Shown: positions 1 to 10,326 of the stretch, one piece after another | Layout: every line of letters starts with the position of its first letter | Numbering within the stretch: position 1 is the first letter of the stretch | Assembly (NCBI GenBank): GCA_034180305.1 | Contig: JAXFOR010000005.1 | Coordinates: 139,758-203,757 of the forward strand | Reading direction: 5' to 3' | DNA: 64,000 nucleotides | From: Finegoldia sp. | Lineage (GTDB): Bacteria; Bacillota; Clostridia; Tissierellales; Peptoniphilaceae | Translations under genes and position numbers: made by a program | Notes under the pieces: generated by a model | Seen by the model: only the letters and a program-made list of their open reading frames with translations | Database searches by the model: none | What the model was told of the DNA's origin: nothing

Positions 1-1098
1 ACCGGCTATGGATATGGAGATGTAGGCAGAGATAAGTGTGAGGCGATTTACAGGGATGTCTTTAAGGCGGAAGATGCTCTTGTAAGGCCATCAATAGCGT
101 CAGGAACCCATGCCTTAAGTTTAGTTTTAAAGGGAATTTTATTACCTGGAGACCAGCTGCTTTATATAAGCGGAATGCCTTATGATACTCTTCAAGAAGT
201 TATAGGCATAAGAGGAGATGGAATAGGCTCTTTAAAAGAACTTGGAATTGATTTTGATTATGTAGACCTTAGAGATGGCAAAATAGATATAAAGTCTGTC
301 CTGAAAAAAATTAAGCCTGAAACAAAAATGATAGCAATTCAAAGGTCAACAGGATATAGTCTTAGAAACGCAATTACAATAGAAGAGATGGAAGAGGTTA
401 TAAAAGCTATCAAAGATGAACATCCGGGGATTATAATAATGGTTGACAACTGCTACGGAGAATTTACCAATACTAAAGAGCCTATAGAAATAGGTTGTGA
501 TGTTATTGCAGGTTCTTTAATTAAAAATCCCGGAGGTGGAATAGCGATATCCGGAGGATATATAGCAGGAAGGAAAGATTTAATTCAAAGAATTTCTTAT
601 AGTTTGACAGCTCCAGGTCTCGGCAAGGAAGTAGGTCTATCTTTTTCAACTACAAGGCAAACCCTCCAAGGACTTTTTCTAGCTCCAAAGGTAACTTCTG
701 AAGCCTTAAAATCAGCTATCTTATTTTCAAAGGTATTTTCAGACCTAGGTTATCCTACCTATCCTAAAGTAGATGATGAAAGAAGCGATATCATTTGTGC
801 CATAGAACTTGGCTCTGCCAACAAAGTTGTAGAATTTTGCAAGATGATACAAGCATCATCAGTAGTTGACTCGCATGTAGTCCCATATCCATGGGATATG
901 CCCGGCTATGATGATAAGATAGTAATGGCATCCGGAAGTTTTATAGACGGATCAAGCATTGAAATATCTGCTGATGGGCCATTGAGAGAGCCTTATGTAG
1001 TTTATTATCAAGGAGGACTTTCTTATTACCAAGCAATGCTAGCCTGTATGAAAGTTCTTATGGACTTTAAAGAAAAAGGATATGCCACAGGTTTTTAA
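1..1098 (+). CDS. Methionine gamma-lyase family / YnbB-like (aluminium resistance) PLP protein, 5' end outside window
   Basis: Frame open from window start; motifs IQRSTGY, VDNCYGEF, GSLIKNPGGG, GSSIEISADGP. Confidence 0.88.
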   Translation, partial: TGYGYGDVGRDKCEAIYRDVFKAEDALVRPSIASGTHALSLVLKGILLPGDQLLYISGMPYDTLQEVIGIRGDGIGSLKELGIDFDYVDLRDGKIDIKSVLKKIKPETKMIAIQRSTGYSLRNAITIEEMEEVIKAIKDEHPGIIIMVDNCYGEFTNTKEPIEIGCDVIAGSLIKNPGGGIAISGGYIAGRKDLIQRISYSLTAPGLGKEVGLSFSTTRQTLQGLFLAPKVTSEALKSAILFSKVFSDLGYPTYPKVDDERSDIICAIELGSANKVVEFCKMIQASSVVDSHVVPYPWDMPGYDDKIVMASGSFIDGSSIEISADGPLREPYVVYYQGGLSYYQAMLACMKVLMDFKEKGYATGF

Positions 1099-1099
1099 C

Positions 1100-1726
1100 C
1101 TATGGCATATATCTATATAATCCTATTACTTTTCCTAAAATATCTACATTTTCAACATAAATTGAGCACATAGAAGAGTTTGCAGGTCTTAGTTCTATCT
1201 TATCTTCGTGCTTATAAAATCTTTTGACAGTAGCATTTTCATCTATCATCGCTACAACTATTTCACCGTTATTAGCCGTACTTTGCTTTCTTACTATTAG
1301 CTTATCTCCGCTAAAAATCCCATCTTCAATCATTGATTCCCCTTGAACTACAAGGATGAATAAAACCCCCTGAGATGTATACTCAATAGGCAGGGGAAAG
1401 GTATCCTCTATATTTTCTACAGCTAAAATAGGAGTACCAGCCTGAACCTTTCCGACTATAGGAACATCTATAGTTTCCTTCTTTATATTGTTATAATCTT
1501 CCTGAAAGGCTGACTCAACTACTTCAATAGCTCTATTTTTTAAAGGGTCTCTCCTTATATAACCATTTTTTTCTAACTTTAATATATTATTATGAACAGT
1601 CGATGTAGAACTGATGCTTAAACTTTCACAAATTTCCCTAATTGAAGGTGGGTAACCCTTAAAGTCTATATATCTCTTTATAAATTCTAATATTTCAATC
1701 TGTTTTTGATTTAAATCATCGTACAT
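1100..1726 (-). CDS. lexA: SOS repressor LexA
   Basis: wHTH (GYPPSIREIC), Ala-Gly cleavage site VQAG, catalytic GESM and ATVKRF; ATG at 1726 with AAGGAG upstream. Confidence 0.97.
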   Translation of the reverse strand: MYDDLNQKQIEILEFIKRYIDFKGYPPSIREICESLSISSTSTVHNNILKLEKNGYIRRDPLKNRAIEVVESAFQEDYNNIKKETIDVPIVGKVQAGTPILAVENIEDTFPLPIEYTSQGVLFILVVQGESMIEDGIFSGDKLIVRKQSTANNGEIVVAMIDENATVKRFYKHEDKIELRPANSSMCSIYVENVDILGKVIGLYRYMP

Positions 1727-1827
1727 AAAAATCTCCTTGCGATCTAACAACTATTTGGCTTTATTATATCACAGTCACAAACAAAAACAAACGCTTATTT
1801 ATGCTTAGATCCTAGATAATTAAACTA

Positions 1828-1856
1828 TTGACATTGAAAAAATAAAAATATATAAT
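1828..1856 (+). promoter_or_regulatory. Consensus sigma-A promoter for the yneA-like gene
   Basis: TTGACA (1828-1833), 17 bp spacer, TATAAT (1851-1856). Confidence 0.85.
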
Positions 1857-1864
1857 TTAGTAGA

Positions 1865-1876
1865 GAACAAACATTC
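1865..1876. promoter_or_regulatory. LexA (SOS) box
   Basis: GAAC-AAAC-ATTC, one mismatch to Firmicute GAAC-N4-GTTC; just downstream of the -10, between divergent lexA and yneA. Confidence 0.75.
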
Positions 1877-1909
1877 TGGAAATTGTATTTTTATTTTTGG
1901 AGGAAAAAG

Positions 1910-2210
1910 ATGAAAATTTATAATAAAAAAAGATTTTTTACTTTTATATTTTTACTTGTAAGTTTAATCACTTTGCTTGTAATAAAAATATTTGATGTAG
2001 ATACGTATGGGGCAAAAGAAAGAGAAAAGTTAGAATTTCAATATTATATAGTAGAAAATGGTGATAGCTTGTTGTCTATAAGCTAAGGAATATAAAAAAG
2101 AAGGCATGACTACTCCTGAATATACTTCTTGTATTAAGGAATATAATAGCCTGACAAATGATAATATTATTCATGATGGGGAGCTAATTTTACTTCCTCA
2201 ATTTAATTAA
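1910..2210 (+). pseudogene. yneA: YneA-like LysM cell-division inhibitor, frameshifted (or sequencing error)
   Basis: N-terminal TM, then LysM start YIVENGDSLLSI with stop at 2084-2086; LysM continues in the +1 frame (AKEYKKEG...IIHDGELILLPQFN*); divergent from lexA. Confidence 0.75.
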
Positions 2211-2224
2211 AAGAACATATAATC

Positions 2225-2268
2225 GAACATAAAGGAAGTTTAAATGAGTCTAAACTTCCTTTATGTTC
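2225..2268. terminator. Bidirectional hairpin between convergent yneA and xerC
   Basis: 18-bp perfect stem GAACATAAAGGAAGTTTA / TAAACTTCCTTTATGTTC, 8-nt loop, T-run after on +. Confidence 0.75.
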
Positions 2269-3232
2269 TTTTTTTTATCTTATTTAAGGGGTTGCTATCC
2301 ACCGCTTTCTTCAATGATTTATTATTTATGTGAGTATATATTTGAGTAGTGGCAACTGACTCGTGACCTAATATTTCCTGTAAAACTTTAATGTCGACCC
2401 CTCCGTATTGGTACATAAGAGTTGCTGAAGTATGTCTAAGCTTATGGACACTATAAATGGAAGTATCAAAGCCTGCAAGTTCTAAATAGTGGTCAATCCT
2501 ATATTGGATTGCTCTGTTACTCATCCTGTTTTTCTTTTTGCTGACGAATAGGGCAGGGCTATCAATTTTTGGCCTATACATAAGGTAATCTGCTATAGAA
2601 GCCAGGCAAGCCTCATTTAAATATATAGTCCTTTCTTTATCGCCTTTACCTATAACTGTTAGGGTATCTTCTTTGATATGGGGGATATCTATATTGCTTA
2701 GTTCTGATAATCTCATTCCGCAGTTTAGAAAAAGAGTAACAATACAATAATCTCGACTCCTTAAAAAGTCACTTTCTTCCTCTAAGATAGTATCTAAGAG
2801 CTTTTCACATTCCTCAAGAGTCAAATAAACCGGTTGCCTTGAATTTTTCTTAGGAGTTTCTAATTCCTCAGCAGGATTTTTTATATCAAGCTTTCTAATA
2901 TTAATAAGGTACTTAAAGAAGGTTTTTATGCTTGACGTTTTTCTGGCCCTGGTAATATTGGAGTCGTTTTGTGTCCTATCTAAAAAGGACATAAAGGAGT
3001 GGAGGTCTACAAGATCCACGTCTTCATAAAAACCCGAATCGACCTTAGATATATCAATATTGTTTTTTAAATCCTCAAAGCTTTCGATTTTGATTTTATC
3101 CTTTCTAGCCTTCAAGTATTTAGTAAGTAGGTTGACATCATATCCATACTCTTTAATTGTGTTAGGGGATCTTCCTTTTATAGTTTCTAAATATTCCATA
3201 AAGTCAATTATCACATCCGGATAGGAATTCAT
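2261..3232 (-). CDS. xerC: XerC-like tyrosine recombinase
   Basis: Catalytic R (GMRLSEL), K (GKGDK), HxxR (HKLRH), H (LGHES), Y (TQIYTH); N-terminal SAM-like domain. Confidence 0.88.
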   Translation of the reverse strand: MNSYPDVIIDFMEYLETIKGRSPNTIKEYGYDVNLLTKYLKARKDKIKIESFEDLKNNIDISKVDSGFYEDVDLVDLHSFMSFLDRTQNDSNITRARKTSSIKTFFKYLINIRKLDIKNPAEELETPKKNSRQPVYLTLEECEKLLDTILEEESDFLRSRDYCIVTLFLNCGMRLSELSNIDIPHIKEDTLTVIGKGDKERTIYLNEACLASIADYLMYRPKIDSPALFVSKKKNRMSNRAIQYRIDHYLELAGFDTSIYSVHKLRHTSATLMYQYGGVDIKVLQEILGHESVATTQIYTHINNKSLKKAVDSNPLNKIKKRT

Positions 3233-3321
3233 AATAAGCTCCTTAAATAAAAAGTATCAGCATAATACAAAAGAAGAGTGAGAGTATTTTAATATTATAT
3301 GATACTTTTTAGAAATTTTTA

Positions 3322-3353
3322 TAATGTCACAAAATAAGTATTTTGTGACATTA
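3322..3353. other. Perfect inverted repeat, candidate dif-like Xer recombination/binding site
   Basis: TAATGTCACAAAATA-AG-TATTTTGTGACATTA; core 3324-3351 reads ATGTCACAAAA-TAAGTA-TTTTGTGACAT (11-6-11). Confidence 0.55.
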
Positions 3354-3355
3354 AT

Positions 3356-3384
3356 ATTATAGCAATAAATAAGCCGATATTCAA
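3356..3384 (-). promoter_or_regulatory. Sigma-A promoter for xerC
   Basis: Minus strand TTGAAT-17bp-TATAAT with extended TG. Confidence 0.6.
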
Positions 3385-3418
3385 GAAGTTACATATAAAA
3401 CTACAAGACTTTATAGTT

Positions 3419-4255
3419 TTATATACTGTTTATTTTCTTGCTTCTAATTTCGTGAAGACTTTTTAATCTTTTAAGCACCTTATCAGATACAATGTAATTA
3501 CCTAGCAGATAATCTCCGTTTATAATCCTACCATGGCAATCAGATCCTGCTGTATATATCAATTTATATTTATCGCACAATTTCAAGTAACTTATTACAT
3601 CCTCTTTCTTGTGTTTTGAGTTTAATACTTCTAAGCCATCTATACCTGCTCTTATTATATCTTCAACTAACACGTCATTCTTTAAAGTTTTTGGATGAGC
3701 TAGTATAGCTACTCCTCCCGCTTTTTTTATTGTAGAAATAATTTCTTCTACACTTGAATATTCCTTCTTTACGTAGCATACTCCTTCTTTACCTAGGTAT
3801 TTTTTAAAGGCTTCATTCTTGTTTTCACAGTAGCCCTTATCAACTAAATAGTCTGCTAAATAAGACCTACTGAAGATACCGTTCTTAAAATATTTTTCAA
3901 GCTTTTCTTTTTCTATTTCTATTCCTATTTTAGAAAAATTTTCTATATACTTATCTTCCTTGTTATATCTATCTTCTCTTGATTTTCTTATCATTTCATT
4001 TAAGTCTTTATCATTAACATCTATATAATAACCTAATATATGAGCTTCACTTTCACCTACTGATATTCCAAATTCTATTGCCGCTATTATATTTATATCG
4101 GATAAATTTTCCTCCTTTATTTCTTTTAGCTTATCTACAGTGTCATGATCGCTTATAGCTATATTTGTTAATTTTTTATCTTTTGCTATTTTTAAAATCT
4201 TATCTAAGTCTAAAGCCCCATCGCTGGCTATAGAATGAATGTGCAAATCTATCAT
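3419..4255 (-). CDS. PHP domain phosphoesterase (TrpH/YciV-like)
   Basis: DLHIHS..SDG, ISDHDT, AHP, GSDCHG motifs. Confidence 0.9.
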   Translation of the reverse strand: MIDLHIHSIASDGALDLDKILKIAKDKKLTNIAISDHDTVDKLKEIKEENLSDINIIAAIEFGISVGESEAHILGYYIDVNDKDLNEMIRKSREDRYNKEDKYIENFSKIGIEIEKEKLEKYFKNGIFSRSYLADYLVDKGYCENKNEAFKKYLGKEGVCYVKKEYSSVEEIISTIKKAGGVAILAHPKTLKNDVLVEDIIRAGIDGLEVLNSKHKKEDVISYLKLCDKYKLIYTAGSDCHGRIINGDYLLGNYIVSDKVLKRLKSLHEIRSKKINSI

Positions 4256-4272
4256 AATTCCTCCTAAAAATT

Positions 4273-4302
4273 AAAAAGACCAACTTATAAAAAGTTGATC
4301 TT
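4273..4302 (-). terminator. Probable intrinsic terminator after rny
   Basis: AAGACCAACTT/AAGTTGATCTT stem with U-run on minus strand. Confidence 0.5.
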
Positions 4303-4307
4303 ATATC

Positions 4308-5849
4308 TTATTTAGCGTAGTCTGATGCCCTGCTTTCCCTGATGACATTAACTTTAATTTGTCCGGGATATTCGAGTTCATCTTCTATCTTATGAGCTAT
4401 TTCCTTAGCTAATATAACCATAGAATTATCATCTACTTCTTCAGGTATTACAGCAACCCTTAATTCCCTACCGGCTTGGATAGCATAAGAGTTTTCTATA
4501 CCCTTGAAAGAATTAGCAATTTCTTCAAGCTTTTCAAGTCTTTGGATATAATTTTCCATTGATTCTCTTCTTGCTCCCGGTCTTGCAGCCGAAATCGCAT
4601 CTGCAGCTTGAACTAAAACCGCTTCGATGTACTCAGGCTCAGCATCTCCGTGGTGTGATTCAATACAATTTATAACCTCTTTAGGTTCCTTATATTTTTT
4701 AGCTGCATTTACTCCTAGCTCTACATGAGGTCCTTCAATTTCATGGTCAATTGCTTTTCCAATATCATGTAGTAATCCTCCTCTTTTAGCTAATTTTACA
4801 TTAGCTCCAAGCTCTGCAGCGAGCATGCCTGAAATGTTTGAAACTTCTATTGAATGCTTTAACACATTTTGACCATAACTTGTTCTGTAGTGAAGTTTTC
4901 CTAAGAGTTTAACTATTTCAGGATGAAGACCGTGTACATTTGTTTCATCACAGGCTTCTTGTCCTTTTTCTATAATAGTTTCTTCCACTTCTTTTGTGGC
5001 TTTTTCAACCATTTCTTCGATTCTTGTAGGATGAATTCTTCCGTCAATTATAAGCTTTTCTAAGGCAATTCTCGCAATTTCTCTTCTTATAGGATTAAAG
5101 GCGGACAAAACAACTGCTTCCGGAGTATCATCTATTATTAAATCTACCCCTGTAAGATTTTCAAAAGCTCTTATGTTTCTACCTTCCCTACCAATTATCC
5201 TACCCTTCATATCATCGGTTGGTAAATTGACAACAGAAACTGTAGTTTCTGAAACTTGGTCTGCGGCATATCTCTGAATAGAAGTACTGATAATTTCTCG
5301 AGCATATTTTTCTGACTTTTCTCTGGTATCGGCTTCTATCTCTTTAATGATGCTGGCTTGCTCTTGGATTGTATTATCCCTAACTTCGTTTAAAACTATA
5401 TCCTTAGCTTCATCTGAAGTTAGACCTGCTATTTTTTGAAGTTCAACTTCCTTTTGGTCAATAACAGCCTGGATCTGTGCCTTAAGTTCTTCTGCCTTGT
5501 TTAATTCAGCATCAAGTTTCTTATGCTTTTTATCTAAAGAATCATTTTTCATCTCAAGGCTGGCTTCTTTTAACTCAATACGCTCCTTTTGCTTGTCCAG
5601 ATCATTTTGCCTAATCCTATTTTCTTTAATGAGTTTATTCTTCATATTGAAGATCTCATCTTTAGCTTCTATAAGTATTTCTTTCTTTTTTGATTCAGCT
5701 TCTTTATTAGCATCATTAATTATCTGTGTAGCATAGTTTTTTGCTCCATTAATTTCCTTTTCAGATGAATTTTTTCTAATAAAATATCCTAAAACCAAAC
5801 CTATGATAAGAAATATTACGGCTAAAATAATGCTTGCTGTGGTGCTCAT
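4308..5849 (-). CDS. rny: Ribonuclease Y
   Basis: N-terminal TM, coiled coil, KH ([13 protein letters not shown]), HD (LLHDIGK). Confidence 0.97.
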   Translation of the reverse strand: MSTTASIILAVIFLIIGLVLGYFIRKNSSEKEINGAKNYATQIINDANKEAESKKKEILIEAKDEIFNMKNKLIKENRIRQNDLDKQKERIELKEASLEMKNDSLDKKHKKLDAELNKAEELKAQIQAVIDQKEVELQKIAGLTSDEAKDIVLNEVRDNTIQEQASIIKEIEADTREKSEKYAREIISTSIQRYAADQVSETTVSVVNLPTDDMKGRIIGREGRNIRAFENLTGVDLIIDDTPEAVVLSAFNPIRREIARIALEKLIIDGRIHPTRIEEMVEKATKEVEETIIEKGQEACDETNVHGLHPEIVKLLGKLHYRTSYGQNVLKHSIEVSNISGMLAAELGANVKLAKRGGLLHDIGKAIDHEIEGPHVELGVNAAKKYKEPKEVINCIESHHGDAEPEYIEAVLVQAADAISAARPGARRESMENYIQRLEKLEEIANSFKGIENSYAIQAGRELRVAVIPEEVDDNSMVILAKEIAHKIEDELEYPGQIKVNVIRESRASDYAK

Positions 5850-5912
5850 AATTACACCCCCTTTTTATTTAATTTTCAATTTACATTTTTTTTGTAGAGA
5901 ACCTACATTGTA

Positions 5913-5941
5913 ATTTTAAAACAAATAGATAAATTTGTCAA
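5913..5941 (-). promoter_or_regulatory. Sigma-A promoter for rny
   Basis: Minus strand TTGACA-17bp-TAAAAT. Confidence 0.6.
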
Positions 5942-6030
5942 TATAGAATATTTTGTATAATGAAATAAATGTTATATTGACAAATTACTTTATTCTAATT
6001 TCTTTTGACAAAAATAAATCTCTGTCTTTA

Positions 6031-7089
6031 TTATTTATCTTCGGCCGGATTTTCTTCCTTTACTTCCAGGTCATTAGAATCAGAGTCATTTTTTATACCA
6101 TAAAAATCATAAGTTTCATTTTTTATAGAATTTAAGATTTCAGGATTTTGTTCAAGAAAGTCCTTGGAGTTTTCTCTACCTTGGCCTAATTTTTCATCTC
6201 TATAGCTATACCATGCCCCTGATTTTTTAACTACCCCGCAATCTGTTGCAAGATCTAATAAGGCTCCCACTTTTGATATTCCTTTTCCATAAATTATGTC
6301 AAACTCAACTTGCTTAAAAGGAGGAGCTATTTTATTTTTTACAACCTTAACCTTTGTCCTATTACCTATTATTTCTTCACCTTTTCTTATGGCTTCCCCT
6401 CTTCTAATATCAAGTCTTACAGATGAATAGAATTTCAAAGCCCTACCTCCTGTAGTAACCTCAGGACTACCGAACATTACTCCGACTTTTTCTCTCAACT
6501 GATTGATAAAGACAACTGTACAATTACTTTTTGATATAGCGGCTGTAAGTTTTCTTAAAGCTTGAGACATAAGTCTTGCTTGTAAGCCTATATGAGAATC
6601 TCCCATATCTCCTTCAATTTCAGCTCTTGGAACAAGGGCGGCTACAGAGTCGACAACTACTATATCTACAGCTGAGCTTCTAACCAGATAGTCACAGATA
6701 TCTAGTCCTTGTTCACCTGTATCGGGTTGTGAAATTATAAGATTGTCTGTATCTACTCCAAGATAGCTTGCATAATTAGCATCGAAGGCGTGTTCTGCAT
6801 CTATAAAGGCTCCTGTTCCTCCACGTTTTTGGCACTCTGCTATTATATGAAGGGCAAGAGTAGTCTTTCCTGATGACTCAGGTCCATATATTTCTACAAT
6901 CCTACCCACAGGGATTCCCCCTATACCAAGTGCTATATCTAGATTTATAGCTCCTGTAGGTATAGCTTGTATATCAACCTTAGGTTGGTCCCCTAATTTC
7001 ATTATAGAACCTTTACCATATTGCTTTTCTATCTTTTTAAAAGCATCCTCTAAAGCTTCTTCTTTTTCTTTACTGTTTTCAAAGTTCAT
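6031..7089 (-). CDS. recA: Recombinase A
   Basis: [23 protein letters not shown]. Confidence 0.99.
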   Translation of the reverse strand: MNFENSKEKEEALEDAFKKIEKQYGKGSIMKLGDQPKVDIQAIPTGAINLDIALGIGGIPVGRIVEIYGPESSGKTTLALHIIAECQKRGGTGAFIDAEHAFDANYASYLGVDTDNLIISQPDTGEQGLDICDYLVRSSAVDIVVVDSVAALVPRAEIEGDMGDSHIGLQARLMSQALRKLTAAISKSNCTVVFINQLREKVGVMFGSPEVTTGGRALKFYSSVRLDIRRGEAIRKGEEIIGNRTKVKVVKNKIAPPFKQVEFDIIYGKGISKVGALLDLATDCGVVKKSGAWYSYRDEKLGQGRENSKDFLEQNPEILNSIKNETYDFYGIKNDSDSNDLEVKEENPAEDK

Positions 7090-7115
7090 AATTTCCTCCT
7101 AAAGAACTTATCTAC

Positions 7116-7655
7116 TTATATATTATCTAAATCCAATACTTGTATGTTTTTGTAGATATAATCTACTAATGACATTATTGTTAAAATTACAGACACATAA
7201 TAAAGACCTTGTCCTAAAATAAGCGGAATATTTAAGGCACTTCTTGCAAAAAGCAAAAGGATTATAGCTATAAATTGAGTCATAGTCTTTGCCTTACCCC
7301 ATATACTCGCAGCTAAAGTTACTCCATTAGAAGCAGCTAAAATTCTAAATCCACTTATAGTAAGCTCCCTTGCAACAATTATAACAACGCTCCAAGCCGG
7401 TACAAAACCTATTTCAATAAGCATTATTAAAGATGAGCATGAAAGCATCTTATCTGCAAGAGGATCTACAAATTTACCGAAGGTTGTTACAAGATTTCTG
7501 CTTCTGGCCAGATGACCATCTAAGAAATCTGTAATAGAAGCTATTATAAATATAAGAGCAGGTACTACACTTGTTTCAGGTAAAAAAATAAAACATACAA
7601 TAAATACCGGAATCATAAATACCCTAAATAAAGTTAGCTTATTTGCTATATTCAT
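7116..7655 (-). CDS. pgsA: CDP-diacylglycerol--glycerol-3-phosphate phosphatidyltransferase
   Basis: [22 protein letters not shown]-alcohol motif. Confidence 0.96.
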   Translation of the reverse strand: MNIANKLTLFRVFMIPVFIVCFIFLPETSVVPALIFIIASITDFLDGHLARSRNLVTTFGKFVDPLADKMLSCSSLIMLIEIGFVPAWSVVIIVARELTISGFRILAASNGVTLAASIWGKAKTMTQFIAIILLLFARSALNIPLILGQGLYYVSVILTIMSLVDYIYKNIQVLDLDNI

Positions 7656-9843
7656 TTGATTTTCCCCTTTCTAATAGGTCTTTTGATGCAAGTATTTTTC
7701 TAGGCTTGCTTCCCTCACTAGGACCTATGATATTTCTTTCTTCCATTTGATCAATTATCCTGCCTGCCCTTGCATATCCTATCTTTAACTTTCTTTGTAA
7801 AAGAGATATAGATGCAGACCCTTCAGTCAAGATTATTTCTAAAGCTTCATTAAATAGTGAATCAGTATCATCATCTATGATATCTGCAGCCTGGTCAATT
7901 TTGTCAATATCTTCTATAATTTCTTCATCATATTCACTTTCATTTTTAGAAATTAAATATTCAACCACTGCTTCAACCTCTTCATCGGATACAAAAGCTC
8001 CCTGAATTCTCTTAGGCTTTAAGGAACTTGACGGATAGAACAACATATCTCCCTTACCTATTAACTTTTCAGCTCCGGATTGGTCCAGGATAGTCCTTGA
8101 ATCTATCTGGCTACTAACTGCAAAGGAAATTCTAGAAGGTATATTTGCCTTTATAGTTCCTGTTATTACATCTACAGTAGGCCTTTGGGTAGCTATTATA
8201 AGGTGAATCCCGCAAGCTCTCGCCATTTGAGCCAATCTGCAGATCGAATCTTCTACATCATTTGCACTAACCATCATCAAGTCACTCAATTCATCTATTA
8301 TTATTACAATATAAGATAGCTTTTCCAAGCTGTTATCCTCATTTTTTCTGTTATAGGAATTTATATCCCTGACGTGATTTTTAGAGAAAATTTCATACCT
8401 TCTTTCCATTTCCCTAACGGCCCAGTTAAGAGCAGAACTTGCCTTTTGAGGATCTGTTACAACCGGGATGGCAAGATGAGGAATATTATTGTAAATTGAT
8501 AACTCGACAACTTTCGGATCTATAAGAATTAGCTTTACGTCATCAGGAGATGATTTATAAATGATGCTCATTATAAGCGTGTTTATGCAAACAGACTTAC
8601 CGCTTCCTGTAGCTCCGGCAATAAGCAAGTGAGGCATCTTATCTATAGAAGAAATTATGCACTTTCCTGAAATATCTTTTCCAAGAGCCATAGGCATTTT
8701 TGATTTTTCTTTTTGAAATTCTTCAGATACAAACATTTCTTTTAAAGATACTGAATTTTTAACTTCATTTTCTATTTCCAAGCCTATTACAGATTTGCCC
8801 GGAATAGGAGCTTGAATTCTTATCCCACTGCTGGCTAAGGCTAGGGATAGGTCATCTGCTAAGTTTACTATCTTAGATACTTTTACTCCTGCATTTGGTT
8901 CTAATTCAAAGCAAGTTACAGTAGGTCCCTTGTCTATCTGAACGACCTTGGCATCTATAGAAAATTCTTTAAGGGTCTGTTCAATTTTTTCAGCTTTTTG
9001 AATAATTACAGAGTCATCCATATCAACTTGTTCATAATATTTTAATAAATCAAGAGGAGGAAACTTGTAATTATTATTATCCGAAGCATTTTTATTTTCT
9101 TCTAGGGTAAGCTGTTCTATATCTTTATAATCTACTTTTTTATACTCATTTAATTTAGGCTTTCCATAATTTTCTATATCTTCTTTAATATTAGACCTTT
9201 TGTCTTTTTTAATAGAGAAACTTTCCCTATTTTCATCAAATTTATTTACCCTGTTCTCTACTACTTTTTCCCTAGTTTTAGTAGAAGCTTTTAAGTCTTT
9301 TGATTTTTTGCCTACTTTATTGTACAGAGAATATACAAGTTCTACTATATTTTTGTCAAATATAAGAGGCACAATTCCTACCAAACAAACTATTGCTAAT
9401 ACATTTATTCCCATTATTCCAATTATTGAATTTAACAAAGAAGATAGAATTGCCCCTAAGACCCCTATACCTGTATAATTATTTGCAAGTTGGTTATTTA
9501 GACTTATTCTTCCTCTCATATCTAAGTTAGGATAAGCTTTTAAATTTTGTCTACTAAAAATGAGAGTAAAGAAAATCCCGGACAAAATACAAAGATTAAT
9601 GGTCTTTTTATTATCTATCCTATCTATATAAGTTGATAATAAGCCAATAAGTGCCAGAGATAGATATATATAGGATAGTTGTCCGAAGCTGTTAAAAAAT
9701 ATATTTTTTGTGATAATTCCTATTATTCCGGTTTCCTTAGATATTATAAAAACAAGAGATAAGATTATGAGTAAAATTATGAGCGGTTTTTTGCTAAAAT
9801 TATTTTTTCTTTTCTTAGATTTCTTATTATTCTTCTTTGGCAT
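7639..9843 (-). CDS. ftsK: DNA translocase FtsK/SpoIIIE (start uncertain)
   Basis: N-terminal TMs, [21 protein letters not shown], gamma domain [14 protein letters not shown]. Confidence 0.96.
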   Translation of the reverse strand: MPKKNNKKSKKRKNNFSKKPLIILLIILSLVFIISKETGIIGIITKNIFFNSFGQLSYIYLSLALIGLLSTYIDRIDNKKTINLCILSGIFFTLIFSRQNLKAYPNLDMRGRISLNNQLANNYTGIGVLGAILSSLLNSIIGIMGINVLAIVCLVGIVPLIFDKNIVELVYSLYNKVGKKSKDLKASTKTREKVVENRVNKFDENRESFSIKKDKRSNIKEDIENYGKPKLNEYKKVDYKDIEQLTLEENKNASDNNNYKFPPLDLLKYYEQVDMDDSVIIQKAEKIEQTLKEFSIDAKVVQIDKGPTVTCFELEPNAGVKVSKIVNLADDLSLALASSGIRIQAPIPGKSVIGLEIENEVKNSVSLKEMFVSEEFQKEKSKMPMALGKDISGKCIISSIDKMPHLLIAGATGSGKSVCINTLIMSIIYKSSPDDVKLILIDPKVVELSIYNNIPHLAIPVVTDPQKASSALNWAVREMERRYEIFSKNHVRDINSYNRKNEDNSLEKLSYIVIIIDELSDLMMVSANDVEDSICRLAQMARACGIHLIIATQRPTVDVITGTIKANIPSRISFAVSSQIDSRTILDQSGAEKLIGKGDMLFYPSSSLKPKRIQGAFVSDEEVEAVVEYLISKNESEYDEEIIEDIDKIDQAADIIDDDTDSLFNEALEIILTEGSASISLLQRKLKIGYARAGRIIDQMEERNIIGPSEGSKPRKILASKDLLERGKSNEYSK

Positions 9844-9847
9844 GACA

Positions 9848-10279
9848 CTAATAGCCGGAATGACCAAATCCTCCATCGTTTCTTTCTGTAGAATCCAAAG
9901 ATTCAACTTCTATAAATTCTACATTTTCATATTTAGAAAGTATCATTTGTGCGATCCTGTCGCCTGATCTTATGGTATAGTCTTCATTTGAAAGATTTAT
10001 AATAGGAAGTTTTAACTCTCCCCTGTAATCACTATCTATAGTCCCTACACAATTTACAAGAGTTATTCCATGCTTTATACTTAAACCGCTTCTCGGTCTT
10101 ATCTGCACTTCATAACCATCAGGTATAGAAATATAAAGACCTGTAGGAATTATCTTCCTTTCTAAAGGCTTTAAATTTATATCTGAATCTAAGTAAGCCA
10201 TTAAATCCATCCCACTTGAGCCTTCTGTAGCATAAGTAGGTAGTGGATTATTTGATTTGTTTATAATATTTACTTTCAT
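9848..10279 (-). CDS. dut: dUTPase
   Basis: [24 protein letters not shown]. Confidence 0.97.
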   Translation of the reverse strand: MKVNIINKSNNPLPTYATEGSSGMDLMAYLDSDINLKPLERKIIPTGLYISIPDGYEVQIRPRSGLSIKHGITLVNCVGTIDSDYRGELKLPIINLSNEDYTIRSGDRIAQMILSKYENVEFIEVESLDSTERNDGGFGHSGY

Positions 10280-10326
10280 ATAACTCCTAAATAACCTCGA
10301 AAAGCTCTAAGCCCTCGAGGTCATAA

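Noticed and set aside
1785-1796. Possible second SOS box AAAC-AAAC-GCTT near the lexA promoter
   Set aside because: At least two mismatches in an A-rich tract; not supportable alone.
2261-3232. Tyrosine recombinase as prophage/ICE integrase
   Set aside because: No phage, conjugation or excisionase genes, and no tRNA or att-like direct repeats nearby; the lexA-yneA-xerC context is a housekeeping arrangement.
7104-7115. Possible SOS box GAAC-TTAT-CTAC before recA
   Set aside because: Second half has two mismatches; position is suggestive but too degenerate to call.
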